DNA of 63,911 nucleotides, the filler included, from Octopus bimaculoides (lineage: Eukaryota), in NCBI RefSeq assembly GCF_001194135.2. It is 6 parts of 6 records of this genome, joined end to end, with 100 filler letters (N's around TTAATTAATTAA, not from the genome) between each part and the next. Parts side by side here need not be neighbours in the genome. Positions count along the whole stretch, not along the records: positions 25,280 to 38,282 come from NC_069005.1; positions 38,383 to 51,224 come from NC_068984.1; 4 more parts are not named here. One strand, 5' to 3'. A program made the position numbers and the translations under genes. The stretch's first letter is position 1, and every line of letters starts with the position of its first letter. Positions 25,983-38,454 of this stretch are shown piece after piece. The notes below the pieces were generated by a model. It did not search any database and was not told where the DNA came from. It saw only the letters and a list, made by a program, of their open reading frames with translations.

Positions 25983-27449
25983 TTCGAGATGATCAGTAAC
26001 AGAAAGTGTAAGATTGAATTATCTCCCTTGTATTAAAATTTCAGGGGAAATGACTACAAAAAAAAATTGCATGGAGTTATCTTTCTTAGTAAAGTTTTAG
26101 TAAAGCTGTTAGTGATTAACGTTCGACTACGTGAAAAATTAATATGGCTGATCGATAATTTTCAGACAAATTATGGTGCTAGTATAGTATGTTGTGTACC
26201 ATGGTGTCAAACAGGGTTATCTACCTTATCTTTCAGATATTTCAGAGATCATAGTTTTAGCATCTAACCATGATCACTCAATTGTCTGTGTGTGTGTGCT
26301 CCGCTCACTGGATCCATATAATGTCGTTGATGGTTCACTGTCAAATGGTGGTAACCTATGGCATTTAAATTATTATAAGCGAGCCACTCATCTGAATGAA
26401 TTTCTTTTCGCTCTTTTAAAGCCTAGCCAGGCTCATGGGCCCGGTTTCCCGGTTTCTATGGCGTTCCCCCCAGCTGGACGGGACGCCAGTCCATCGCAGC
26501 GTTACTCAAGAAACAGGATGAAAGAGTGAGAGAAAGTTGGGGCGAAAGAGTAGAACAGGAGTCGCCACCATCCCCTGCCGGAGCCTCGTGGGGCTTTAGG
26601 TGTTTTCGCTCAATAAACACTCACAACGGCCGGTCTGGGAATCGAAACCGCGAGTCCGCTACCCTAACCAGTGGGCCATTGCGCCTCCAATAAATGCGCC
26701 TTTTTAAAGTCTAGACAGGCTCGTGGGCCCGGTTTTTTCGGTTTCAATGGCGTATGTGTTCCTCAGCTGGACGGGACGCCAGTCCATCGCAGAGTTACTC
26801 ATTTTTGCCAGCTGAGTGGAACTGGAGCAACGTGAAATGAAGTGTTTTGCTCAAAAACACAATGCGTCGCCCAGTCCAGGAATCGAAACCACAATCTTAC
26901 GATCATGGCGCTGACACCCTAACCACTAAGCCACGCGCCTCCACCATCTGAATGAATTAGTGAACCTTTTTTCACAATTCCTTGGTGGAGTTAGCCGATA
27001 GCCAGATCCGTCCTACACCTAATTGTAACTGTTCAGCATAACTCTACAAATCAGTAATGCTTGGGTATTATACAAATGCATGCAGAGTGGTTTCGTTACC
27101 TTGTGCACATCTCGAGCCGGCTTGGCTAACGATACTACCACCACCTAGGCCTGTAGAGTTTATCCTGAACTGGCGATGCTCCTCATTGGTACTGTTAGGC
27201 TAGATATTTCTGGAAATTATCCACAGACACTGGATCGAAAGTTCTCCGGAAAAGACCAGGTAGTTAATATCTCTTGATGCCCGGAGTTTCCCCGAGGACA
27301 TTGTCGTTCTTTCCCGGCACTAAACAGTTTAAAGAACGCTATGGTGGAACTTCTACTGACTACCTTGCCAGGCTGGTAGAAAGCTGTGAACAGCTAACGA
27401 CACTCTAGGTGCCGGGTGCTTTAGCTCGGTCTTCATTTGGTCTGGAACT

Positions 27450-28580
27450 GCAGCTTTGTCAAAGAGACGAGGTGTCGAAAAACGTGTCTCACAAACGGCG
27501 ACCACACTTTCTCCTCGTCAAGAAAATTCTGGAGCTATCGTAACCTCAGTCTATTGTTTACCACGTTATGTCCAGTTCCCCACGCGGTGGATGTTGACAG
27601 CAAATAGAGCGTCTGACCAGTGTAACATGCTTGCCTCACCCACAAAGCGGAATAGCAAGCTTTCTTGTGTGGTCAGCCATGAAATGGAACAAGTCGCCAA
27701 GTCACGACGGTAAGGCCGTAGTAGATGATGGATACAATGTAGGTGTTGGCCACTTCAACCCGACCCTTTGGAATAGCTTCTTCTTGACCCATTTTGACCC
27801 ATTTCCTGGTGAGACTGGCCACTTAACTTGTCCCAGTCGTTATCCAAATGGAGGTCCGGACCAAACCAGGCGCAAAGCAGTCTAACCGGTCCGCCTGTCC
27901 AACTGTCATGCAGCATTGATCTTCCCCACCGCCTTCCCCTTGTTTTTTCCTCTCCTCTCACTGCTTCGTACTTCTTCATTGCTGCACCGATTACCTCGAT
28001 GTGTTTGGTGTCCGATAATATAACAGCAACGTTGTCCACGTATGCTGACGCGTCTCTTCGGCATCTTAATTCTCGCAGGATGCCCTTCGAAACTTCTAAC
28101 TTCCGCAGTAGGGATTCTAAAGTCAGCACAATACGCCAAGAATTAGGAAAAGGGAGCATTCATGACGGACTGAACGCATGATACTAGACGGTTTCCACGG
28201 GTTGGCATTTACTCCGATCACTAAGCAAATGTCAGTGGACCTTTCAACGATCTTACTTCTTAAAATCGAGACCGAAACCAATCACTTTCGGGACAATCGT
28301 CAAGTATTAACGATCGACCCTATCGAAAGCTTTCGATAGACATAAATTGATCAGAACCCCATCCATGCCAGATTCTTTACCAAACCTTTCTATGATTTAT
28401 CGTATGAGGTGGAGGTTGTCATGGATAGACCAGTTTGGGGATGACACGTGTTTGCGCATCACAACTAAGACAGAGGAGTTCGTGTTTGTGGCACAAAATC
28501 AAAGCCTTCAAGGGGCCACAAGAGGCAAGTATTGAAGCAGAATCGCATAAGAAACTTCAGTGTTGAGGTTGAGCATGAAT
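27450..28580 (-). mobile_element. Degenerate Tx1/L1-clade non-LTR retrotransposon reverse transcriptase
   Basis: Frameshifted RT motifs in order: IPNWSIHDNLHLIR*II, GVLINLCLSKAFDR, SVRHECSP (SVRQGCP-like), LESLLRKL, SAYVDNV (YADD-like), LCAWFGPDL. Contains stops and frameshifts. Confidence 0.85.
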
Positions 28581-28944
28581 AATTAAACGTATTTTACCTG
28601 GTTGCCCTGTGTTATCCAAGTGGGAATATATCCACCGGTAGGGCGTCTGTCAGAAATGAAGGACGCCCTCTCAGCCTCACCCCCACCGTCTGAAATTCAG
28701 AAGGACCCCTTTTTGGATTTTCTGGTGCTCCCTTAAATCTCCAGACTCCAGGTCGATGGCCCAGGTTGTGGCCCTCCTTGCTTTCATTGGCCCCATCTTG
28801 AAGTATTGCAGAGATGGAGCCTTCATATGCGGGAAATTACGTCAAGGTTATAGAAAACCTTCAGAAAGGAGTTGCTATAAACATACTATGGCCGAATGGT
28901 GAAGAAGTTTGTTTCGCAACTGGGAGGTTCTGGGTTTGATTCTA

Positions 28945-29156
28945 CAGGGTGTCCACAAGGTTTGGGTACATGGAGTGAATAAAATCATAACGTAAACAAT
29001 TAAATATAAGAAATAATAATTTCTTAAAGTATGTGTTAATCCCCATGTGGTTACATGGAGTAAATAAAATCATAACATAAACAATTAAATATAAGAAATA
29101 ATAATTTCTTAACGTATGTGTTAATCCCCATGTACCCAGACTTTGTGGACACCCTG
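28945..29156. mobile_element. Tc1/mariner-type MITE with internal tandem duplication
   Basis: TA target duplication. TIR CAGGGTGTCCACAAGGTTTGGGTACATGG versus rc CAGGGTGTCCACAAAGTCTGGGTACATGG. Two near-identical 81-nt internal units (28968-29048, 29053-29133). Confidence 0.85.
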
Positions 29157-29205
29157 TACAGAAGTTGCGTATCAATTCGAGTCTGTAATTTTCATAGGTG
29201 CAAGC

Positions 29206-29476
29206 ATAGCTGTGTGGTTAAGGAGTTTGCTTCCTAACCATGTGGTGCTGAGTTCACTCCCACTACGCAGCATCTTGAACGTATGTCTTCTTCGCTATGA
29301 GTGAATTTGGAAGATGGAAACTGAAAGAAGCCTATAGTGTGTGCGTGTGTGCTTATGTGTGCGTGTATTTGTGTGTATGTACTTATGTGTGTATGTTCAT
29401 GTGTATGTGTTTGTGTGTGTGTGTCTGTTTATGTGTGTGCGTTTGTGTGTGTGCGTGTTTATATGTGTGTTTATGT

Positions 29477-29515
<39 letters not shown>

Positions 29516-29722
29516 CCCTCCACCATCGCTTGACAGCTGATGCTGATTTGTCTACGTTCCCGTAACTTAACGGTTCAGCAAAAGAAATCGATAGAATAAG
29601 TACCAGACTGAAGATACAAAAAAGATGAGTACAGGGGTCGATCTGTTCGACTAAACCCTTCAGGGTGGTGCCCCAGTATGGCCGCAGTCCCCCAAAAACT
29701 GAAGCGAGTGAAAGATAAAAGA
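29206..29722 (+). mobile_element. tRNA-derived SINE, family A, with expanded internal microsatellite
   Basis: TAGCTGTGTGGTTAAG...GAGTTCACTCCC, internal (GT)n(CT)n, family A 3' half. Confidence 0.75.
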
Positions 29723-30045
29723 TTTTTTTAAACAAACCCTAGAAAGGATCGTATTCTGGGGTTTGCCAAGTCACACAGACAGAAAGACGAAGGCGAATCA
29801 CTGCCGAAGTGTTTAGAAGCGAAAATAGCAAAGCCAGCGCCTTGTAGGGGTTTCAGAGAATAACAATAGTAAGGATAACAATGACAGCCGTCACTCGCGA
29901 GCGAGAACGCTTGGTGTCTTCAATGAAGGCTTCCTATGAAGGTGAACAACAAGAACATTAAGAATAACAGGCCCCCAATCCCCGAAAAAGCACACACACA
30001 CACACGCATATACACATACACACAAGAAACAGCACAAATACGGGT

Positions 30046-30505
30046 TGAGAGAGAAAGGGAGAGAGAGAGTAGAAAAATTAGAGAGTAGAGACAGACAGAC
30101 AGACAGACACAGAGAGAGACAGATAGAGAGAGAGACAGACAGACAGAGCAGAAGGAGAAAGAACAAAATGGACAGAGAGAGAGAGAGGCAGAGAGAGAGA
30201 GAGAGACAGAGAGGGAGAGGGAAAAAGAAAGAGAGAGAGGGAAAGGGAAAAAGAAAGAGAGAAGACAGAAAGCAGAAAGAAGAGAGAAAGAGAGAGACAG
30301 ACAGACAGAGAGAGGGAGAGAGGGAGAGGGAGAGGGAAAAAGAAAGGGAGAAGACAGAAAGCAGAAAGAAGAGAGGGAGTGAGAGAGAGAGAGAGAGAGA
30401 GAAAGAGAACAGAGAGAGAAAGAGAACAGAGAGAGAAAGAGAACAGAGAGAGAGAGAGAGGGAGAGGGAGAGGGAAAAAGAAAGAGAGGACAGAAAGCAG
30501 AAAGA

Positions 30506-30537
<32 letters not shown>

Positions 30538-30563
30538 CAGAGAGAGAGAGAGAGAGAGAGAAC

Positions 30564-30598
<35 letters not shown>

Positions 30599-30800
30599 CA
30601 ACAGAGAGAGAGAGAGACAACAGAGAGAGAGAGAGACAGCTGAGAGAGACAGCTGAGAGAGAGAGAATTCTGAGAGAGAGAGAGAGACAGACAGATGAGA
30701 GAGAAAGAGAGAGACAGACTGCTGTGAGAGCGGGAGACAAACATACAGAGAAAAGAAGCAGCGGGAAAGAAAAGAGAGTGTGAAAGCAGAGATAGAGAGA
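30046..30800. repeat. About 750-bp GA-rich purine tract (degenerate GA microsatellite with higher-order units)
   Basis: Almost no T on the plus strand over most of the tract. Recurring units GAGGGAAAAAGAAAG, GAAGACAGAAAGCAGAAAGAAGAG, GAGAACAGAG. Confidence 0.9.
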
Positions 30801-31490
30801 GAGAGAGAGAGAAATGAGTGAAAGAGAAAGTGAGAAGGTAAAGACAGGTAGATGCAGAGNNNNNNNNNNAGAGAGAAATGAGTGAAAGAGAAAGTGAGAA
30901 GGTAAAGACAGGTAGATGCAGAGAGAGAGAGAGAGATTCCGGTGTAAGTTGCCACATGATTCGCACATAAACATCGTTAAGTTAGGAAATGAACAAGAAG
31001 ACGTTACTAAACGATAACAACGATCGAAATAACACGCCAGCCGTGACTAATCCAGCACACCGGTATTGAATTAAGCAGAGAGAGAGACAACAACTGTCTG
31101 TTATATTGAAATAGTCTTGATTAAACCAGACAAAACAGATATACAAATGGCTATAAACGACTATATAGTAAGTAATTAACTTTATTTAATTGACTTATAA
31201 CACTAATATATATATATATATGTGTGTGTGTGTATATTGAGAGAGAGAGAGAGAGATTGCACACCTACACACATAGGGAAAAAGTCTTCTGTTTATAATT
31301 CCTTATAAATCTCTTATGCATTACAGAAGTGTGTTATTAATATGCCAAGAACGAAAAGCTAATGTCGAAAGAGTAAAAGGAAAAAATCACTACAGTACTT
31401 GACTGGTATTTGATTTTAGCGTACCTTTCCACCTGCTTAGATGATTAAAAGATAAGGTTTGACCTCGGCGGGATTTCCAAATACAATACA

Positions 31491-31551
<61 letters not shown>

Positions 31552-33679
31552 AATTTAATGAATGGAGTAAAACGCATATTTTAACTGCATACTTTTCAAG
31601 TACCCAAAATATCAATATATATGAATAATAGATGAGGGAATTCGTAAAATATGTTTAGCTTTAGGTCAGAGCTCTGGTTAATCAGACTTGAGGTGAAAGT
31701 CATTCCACCCTTGACCGTCCTGTCGTCTTTTTTTTTTTTTTTTTCATATATAGATGTCATCGTGTCCACTGTGTCTTTCTTGTAAGATCGTTGTCTTTGG
31801 TGGCGAGTGATTTGAGGGAGAACGATGCTGTTATTTCTTCCTGGTTGAACGACCACGTAAAAAGCTCCCTTGCTGGTTGCTTGCTTAGCTTATAAATAAA
31901 ATTAAGTTCTTGTACCCGTACACTGAGAAGAGGAAGCGACTTCTGATGTCAAGGGTTGGACCCTTTTACGAGGACAAATAATAAAAAAAATGGAAAGTAA
32001 AGTGCGTTAATGTCTTAGTCATTAATTATAAATAAAAATAACAATTACCGTTGCTATTCAATGTATGGAATACCAATGGTGCTGTAAATTATTTTACGTA
32101 GTAGCTAATGCTGTTCTTTATTATAGGAAAGAACCCACACAAACTCACTCCCGATAAGGGCTTTCTGGACTAAAAATGTACTTTAGCGTCGCAACTTCAT
32201 TAGCGTCAGCTTTTGCAGTATTCATTTCGTTTTCTTTGTCAAGATTTAATGTGTCAAATTTTCATCATATATCGAAAATGGATAGATTAATAAAACATGA
32301 TAACAAGAACTATTGGTGCTATGAACCTCGGTCCATTGTAAACAAAAGCAGTCCTTGCTTATCGTTTTAAATCATATATTCCTTATATATATATATATAT
32401 ATATATTTCGTTTTTGGATTTGGTTTGCAAGATTCTTTATGTGAGTTCTTGTGTTGAAGCATATTCTGTTGTGTCTGGGGAGAGTCATTCCCTTNNNNNN
32501 NNNNNNNNNNNNNNNNNNNNNNNNNNNNNNNNNNNNNNNNNNNNNNNNNNNNNNNNNNNNNNNNNNNNNNNNNNNNNNNNNNNNNNNNNNNNNNNNNNNN
32601 NNNNNNNNNNNNNNNNNNNNNNNNNNNNNNNNNNNNNNNNNNNNNNNNNNNNNNNNNNNNNNNNNNNNNNNNNNNNNNNNNNNNNNNNNNNNNNNNNNNN
32701 NNNNNNNNNNNNNNNNNNNNNNNNNNNNNNNNNNNNNNNNNNNNNNNNNNNNNNNNNNNNNNNNNNNNNNNNNNNNNNNNNNNNNNNNNNNNNNNNNNNN
32801 NNNNNNNNNNNNNNNNNNNNNNNNNNNNNNNNNNNNNNNNNNNNNNNNNNNNNNNNNNNNNNNNNNNNNNNNNNNNNNNNNNNNNNNNNNNNNNNNNNNN
32901 NNNNNNNNNNNNNNNNNNNNNNNNNNNNNNNNNNNNNNNNNNNNNNNNNNNNNNNNNNNNNNNNNNNNNNNNNNNNNNNNNNNNNNNNNNNNNNNNNNNN
33001 NNNNNNNNNNNNNNNNNNNNNNNNNNNNNNNNNNNNNNNNNNNNNNNNNNNNNNNNNNNNNNNNNNNNNNNNNNNNNNNNNNNNNNNNNNNNNNNNNNNN
33101 NNNNNNNNNNNNNNNNNNNNNNNNNNNNNNNNNNNNNNNNNNNNNNNNNNNNNNNNNNNNNNNNNNNNNNNNNNNNNNNNNNNNNNNNNNNNNNNNNNNN
33201 NNNNNNNNNNNNNNNGATAGAATAAGTACTAGGTTTTACAAAAAAAAAAAAAAGACAGAAAGTCTTAGGATCGATTTATTCGACTTAAGAAAACGTTTCT
33301 AAGTGGTGCTCCGGCATGGCCGTAGTCAAATGACTGAAACAAGTAGAAGAATAAAAGAAGAAAAGAATATATACAATGGACAGTGTAGACGCTGATTAAC
33401 AAAAAGCTGACGATAGCCATCGAATCTGTTCGATGAAGGTTGGCCGAGGGCTAAAAGAAAACGTTTGATATTGTCAGTGTGAACCTTGTCGGGTTGGTTA
33501 CGTGTGAGGCTCAACATTCTTTTATGCGGTCTAAAGAAAAATTCGACCTAAAAATATTAAAAGAAAAGCCGACAGCGGGGAGGAAGAGTGGAAAGGAAAT
33601 AATTATAGAGGTGACTCCAGCAGGTCTATTTGCTTAATGACTTAGGTTTAAAAATAAATGGAAAAATATCAATGGCACA

Positions 33680-34462
33680 AGGCATGAAATTTTGGAAGGA
33701 GGGAGGCTGGTCGATTACATCGAACCCCAGTGTTTCACTGGTACTTATTACATTGACACTCAAAAGATGAAAGGCAATGTTGAACTCAGAACGTAAAAAA
33801 GAAATGCCGTTATGGGTTTTTGTCCAGCCAGCTAACAATTCTGTCGGCTTGTCACCATAATAATAATAATAATAATAATAATCCTTTCTACTGTAGACAC
33901 AAGGCCTGAAATTTTCGTAATGGTGGGGAGAGGAGGCTAGTCTATTACATCGACCCCGAAAGGATGAAAGGCAAAGTCGACCTCGGCAGGGTTTGAACTC
34001 TGAAAGTAGCGACGAGCGAAATACCGTTAAGCATTTCGTCCAGCGAATAATAATAATAATAATAATAATAATCCTTTCTACTAGAAGCACAAGGCCTCAA
34101 ATTTGGGGGAAGGGATTAGTTCGATTTACATCGACTCCAGTGCGTAACTGGTACTAATTTTATCGACCTCCGAAAGGATGGAAGGTAAAGTCGACCGCGG
34201 CGGAATTTGAACTCGGAATCTAGCGACGGGCGAAATACCGCTAAGCATTTCGTCCAGCGAATAATAATAATGATGATGAGTTCAGATTTTGCCCACAAGG
34301 CCAGTATTTTCGGGAACGACATCAGTCGATTACATCGACCCTAGTGTGTAACTGGTACTTAATTTATTAACCCTGAAAGGATGAAAGGCAAAATCGACCT
34401 CGGCGGAATTTGAACTCAGAACGTAAGGACAGGCAAAATGCTAAGCGTTTCGTCCAACGAAT

Positions 34463-34497
<35 letters not shown>

Positions 34498-34710
34498 TAA
34501 CAATGACGATAAGTTTAAATTTTGGCACAAGGCCTACAATTTCGGGGAAGGTCATGAGTCAATTACATTCGACGCCAGTATTCAAGTGGTACGTATTTTA
34601 TCGACCCCCGAAAAGACGAATGGTAACATCGGCCTCGGCAGAAATTTGAACTTAGGACTTAAAGAGCTGGAATAAATACCACTAGGCATTTCGCCTAATG
34701 CGCTAAAAAT
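33680..34710 (-). mobile_element. Head-to-tail array of about 5 tRNA-derived SINEs, family B, separated by (TAA)n
   Basis: Repeated unit TCGATTACATCGACCCCAG...GAAAGGATGAAAGGCAAAGTCGACCTCGGCGGAATTTGAACTC...TAAGCATTTCGTCCAGCG. B box GAGTTCAAATTCC on the minus strand. Confidence 0.85.
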
Positions 34711-35572
34711 TCTAACTCGTTTCATGAAGAGAAATTTGTCTTTTAATTAGAGAAAGTAAAAACCTGGAGGTCATTGTTAGTAAACACTCAAAATCAGGGG
34801 GAGATAATTCCAAATTCAATTTTTTTTTTACTTTAGTTATACAACCTTCGGTTAATCCTCATTTAGCAGATTCTTGATAAATCGACATTCCAGGAATATC
34901 CATCTTTTTATATATATATATATATGTGGCTGTGTGGTAAGTAGCTTGCTTACCAACCNNNNNNNNNNNNNNNNNNNNNNNNNNNNNNNNNNNNNNNNNN
35001 NNNNNNNNNNNNNNNNNNNNNNNNNNNNNNNNNNNNNNNNNNNNNNNNNNNNNNNNNNGGGGGTTTTGGGGCAAAAAAAAAAAAGAAAATGGGGGGACGG
35101 GAGGAAGTCTTTCCTTCTTTTCTTCCTATGTGCAATGTACCAGGGATCTTGTGGCCCAATTCATCTTTTTTATAGATTGTGCGCAGAGCTTCACTTCACA
35201 CATGAATAAATAAAGCCTTGGCAATGGTTAGTGACCCTGTTTGGTGGTGGGGAAAGTAGATGGAAGCAATTATTATTATTATTAAATTAATGATGATAAT
35301 ATCTAGTTTTAATTCCTGACAATCTCATTTTTCTACCAGTGTTATTTTGCCCCAGATTTGCCCTATTTCCCCAGAACTATAACTAAAAGTATTCCAGTTA
35401 TGATATCATCCCATTTTATATATATACATACATACCTAAATACTTGCATTCATTCTCATACACACACACACAGCTGTATGGTTAAAATGTTTTTCCTAAT
35501 TTTTACTGTAGCTTTGGTTTCACCAATGCTTTGTGCCTGGATTTGGTAGACAGAAACTGAAAAAATCCTGTC

Positions 35573-35603
<31 letters not shown>

Positions 35604-35629
35604 TCGCTTGAAGCATTGTGTATTGTTTG

Positions 35630-35860
35630 TAAAGAATAAAAGTTTAGAATGGTACAACAATGCACTATAAAACAAAAAATGGACTATATACCTGTTGTAA
35701 TTTGGTTATCTATAGTCCGATGATATTTCGGAATTACAATTCCTTCTTCAGATCTTCTTAGCTGGAGACTCCAGATATAGATAACCAAATTACAACAGGT
35801 ATATAGTCCATTTTTTGTTTTATAGTGCATTGTTGTACCATTCTAAACTTTTATTCTTTA
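35630..35860. repeat. Perfect 85-bp inverted repeat (35630-35714 / 35776-35860) around a 61-bp spacer
   Basis: Arms read by eye as exact reverse complements. The spacer carries the intact hammerhead. Confidence 0.92.
35719..35754 (-). ncRNA. Minimal type I hammerhead ribozyme, intact core
   Basis: Minus strand GAU CUGAAGA A GGAAUU-GU-AAUUCC GAAA UAU C^ AUC. All core positions present, 6-bp stem II, 3-bp stem I, palindromic stem III AUAU, AUC cleavage triplet (cut between 35722 and 35721). Confidence 0.75.
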
Positions 35861-36308
35861 TATATATATATANNNNNNNNNNNNNNNNNNNNNNNNNNNN
35901 NNNNNNNNNNNNNNNNNNNNNNNNNNNNNNNNNNNNNNNNNNNNNNNNNNNNNNNNNNNATATATATGATATAAATATATATATATATATATATATATCG
36001 CTTTGTAAAGGCACATGGCTTAGTGGTTAAGGTGTTGCACTCACGGTTGTGAGATCGTAGGTTCGATTCCCAGACCAGGCGTTGCATTGTGTTCTTGAGC
36101 AAACCACTTCGTTTCACATTGCTCTGCGATCATTTTGACATGTGACAAATGGCACTCGTTGCACCTGTACAGGTAATGTCAATTTGATGGCAGGAGTAAG
36201 CTTATGTCTACACAAACATTTGATCACTATAAACAAATCATCTTTGTGGTTGTTCAGTAAGAACTATGTCAAACCCTTATATGTCATCTAACGATAGGAG
36301 AGACCATC

Positions 36309-36348
<40 letters not shown>

Positions 36349-37410
36349 GTTTGTGTGTATGTATGTGTGTGCCTGTGTTTGTCCCCTGTGGCCACTTGTC
36401 AACTGGTGTTGGTGTGTTTACATCCCAGTAACTTAGCAGTTCAACAAGAGACTGATAGAATAAGTACCGGTCTTAAAAAATTAGAACTGGGGTCAATTTG
36501 TTCAACTAAAAATTCTTCTAAGTGTTGCCTAAGCACAGCTGCAGTTCGCAGCATTTCACTTGGTGTGCTAACGATTCTGCCATCTCGCTGCTTTACTAAG
36601 GGTTAAATAATAATAATAATGATCATGGTTTCTTTTATTTGCCACCAGAGCAAAGGATGAGGGGGACAATACAGGGCGGGGTTAAATATTATGAAACGAT
36701 TAAAAAAAAAGGAAAGAAAAATAAGTATACACAGTATACAATAAAGAAATGATGATGATGATGATGATGATGATAATAATAATAAATGCCCTGATGAAGT
36801 GGTTCTCATGGCTTTTCATCTTAACTGATTGGAAGTGTTATCATGTACATTGGGGCATAACTACAGAGTTGTACACCCCCCCCCCCAGACTTTGGAAGGT
36901 CATAACTTTCAGAAAAATGAATATCCGTAGTTATGCCATACATTGTTTTGTTTTGATGTAAAAGATGGACTACAGCAAATATTCTGCTCCAGACCACAGA
37001 TTTGCTTGTCAGTTGTTTGACCTTAACCAGTTGAGCATGTCCCTTGGAGGCTGACGATATGTGCATCTCAGATCACAAGCAGAAGTAGTGGAGGAGCATC
37101 ATAGCCAAGTGTTGAGAGGAATTCTTTCTGGTTTCAATAATTCACCTTTAGAAACATGGGTGTTTAACCCTTGTTCAGGGACCTTTTGAGCAGGCTGGAC
37201 TACTCAACCTGAAGAAAATTCTAACTGGGCCCCACCTGCAAGGTCATGCGCTGTTTATCTTAATATGAGATCACCAGGTGGCACACATATGGTTGTGATG
37301 CATGTGCCTGGTGTACCCTTATCAAACAGGTAGTCATGATGGGTATACTGGGCTTCGTATATTTTACCCCAGTGTCACTTTGATGGCATGCACTGCTCTC
37401 TCACTCACTA

Positions 37411-37455
<45 letters not shown>

Positions 37456-38227
37456 CCTTTCTACTAAAGGCACAACGTCTGAAAATTTTGGGGAAGAGAT
37501 TAAGTTAATTATATTATTATTATTATTATTATTGTAAGTACTGGGGTAATATTCATTCGACTAAAAGTTCTTCAAGGTGGTGGTGCCCCAGCATGGCGCG
37601 CAGTCTAATGACGGAATCAAATGAATAATATATAAGATAAAGATACGTTCCAACTAAATATATGTATCAGCCTGGTCGGTGAAACTTTACTGTGAGAAAA
37701 AAATCAATCAATTGCAATTCGTGTAAAATGTTCGAGATTTACGGCTTAGAAACTTCGCCATTTGTGTCACAAACATCGACTGTCACGTACGTCACGCAGG
37801 ACGACTCTTTACGATATACGTCGTAACCTTGCTCCTGTTTCTAAGCTCCTGCTAAGATTTTTGTGGAAGCCTCACATCCTCTCATATCTCCCCTCTTTTT
37901 CGTTATATGTGTGTGTGTACCACATTTTATGGTTGAAATACTGGCTGTAACTTTATTTGCCCCTGGGCGACTGTCAATCCAACTATATTGACAATTTGAA
38001 TATTATTACACTTTTGGGGTTCCGTACTAGAATTGCTAAACTGAAAAGTCGTTAATTTCTTTCTTTATTTTTCTCTCTCAGCCGCCCAAATAAACAATGT
38101 CAGCTCACCTTGCTGGCATTTTTTCTCTCCCACACACTGACACGTTAATGATATATATATATATATATATAGCATGTATGTATGTATGCACGTGTATATA
38201 TACATACACACGCACACACACACACAC

Positions 38228-38282
<55 letters not shown>

Positions 38283-38382
38283 NNNNNNNNNNNNNNNNNN
38301 NNNNNNNNNNNNNNNNNNNNNNNNNNTTAATTAATTAANNNNNNNNNNNNNNNNNNNNNNNNNNNNNNNNNNNNNNNNNNNN
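38283..38382. other. Artificial scaffold-join spacer
   Basis: N44-TTAATTAATTAA-N44. Confidence 0.95.
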
Positions 38383-38401
38383 TATATATATATATACATA
38401 C

Positions 38402-38454
<53 letters not shown>

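Noticed and set aside
30805-30930. Exact 55-bp direct duplication
   Set aside because: The two copies flank a 10-N gap, typical of an unmerged contig overlap.
29891-30974. Long ORFs (up to 354 aa) rich in SL/ER repeats
   Set aside because: Translations of the GA/TC microsatellite tract; open only because the repeat has no stops.
31596-31856. 86-aa minus-strand ORF with GTG start
   Set aside because: No recognisable motif, contains a poly-A-derived Lys run, no convincing splice donor.
37720-37800. 20-bp CRE-like motif shared (19/20) with 42519-42538
   Set aside because: Similarity extends about 80 bp into the flanks, so it is best explained as an old dispersed repeat rather than a conserved enhancer.
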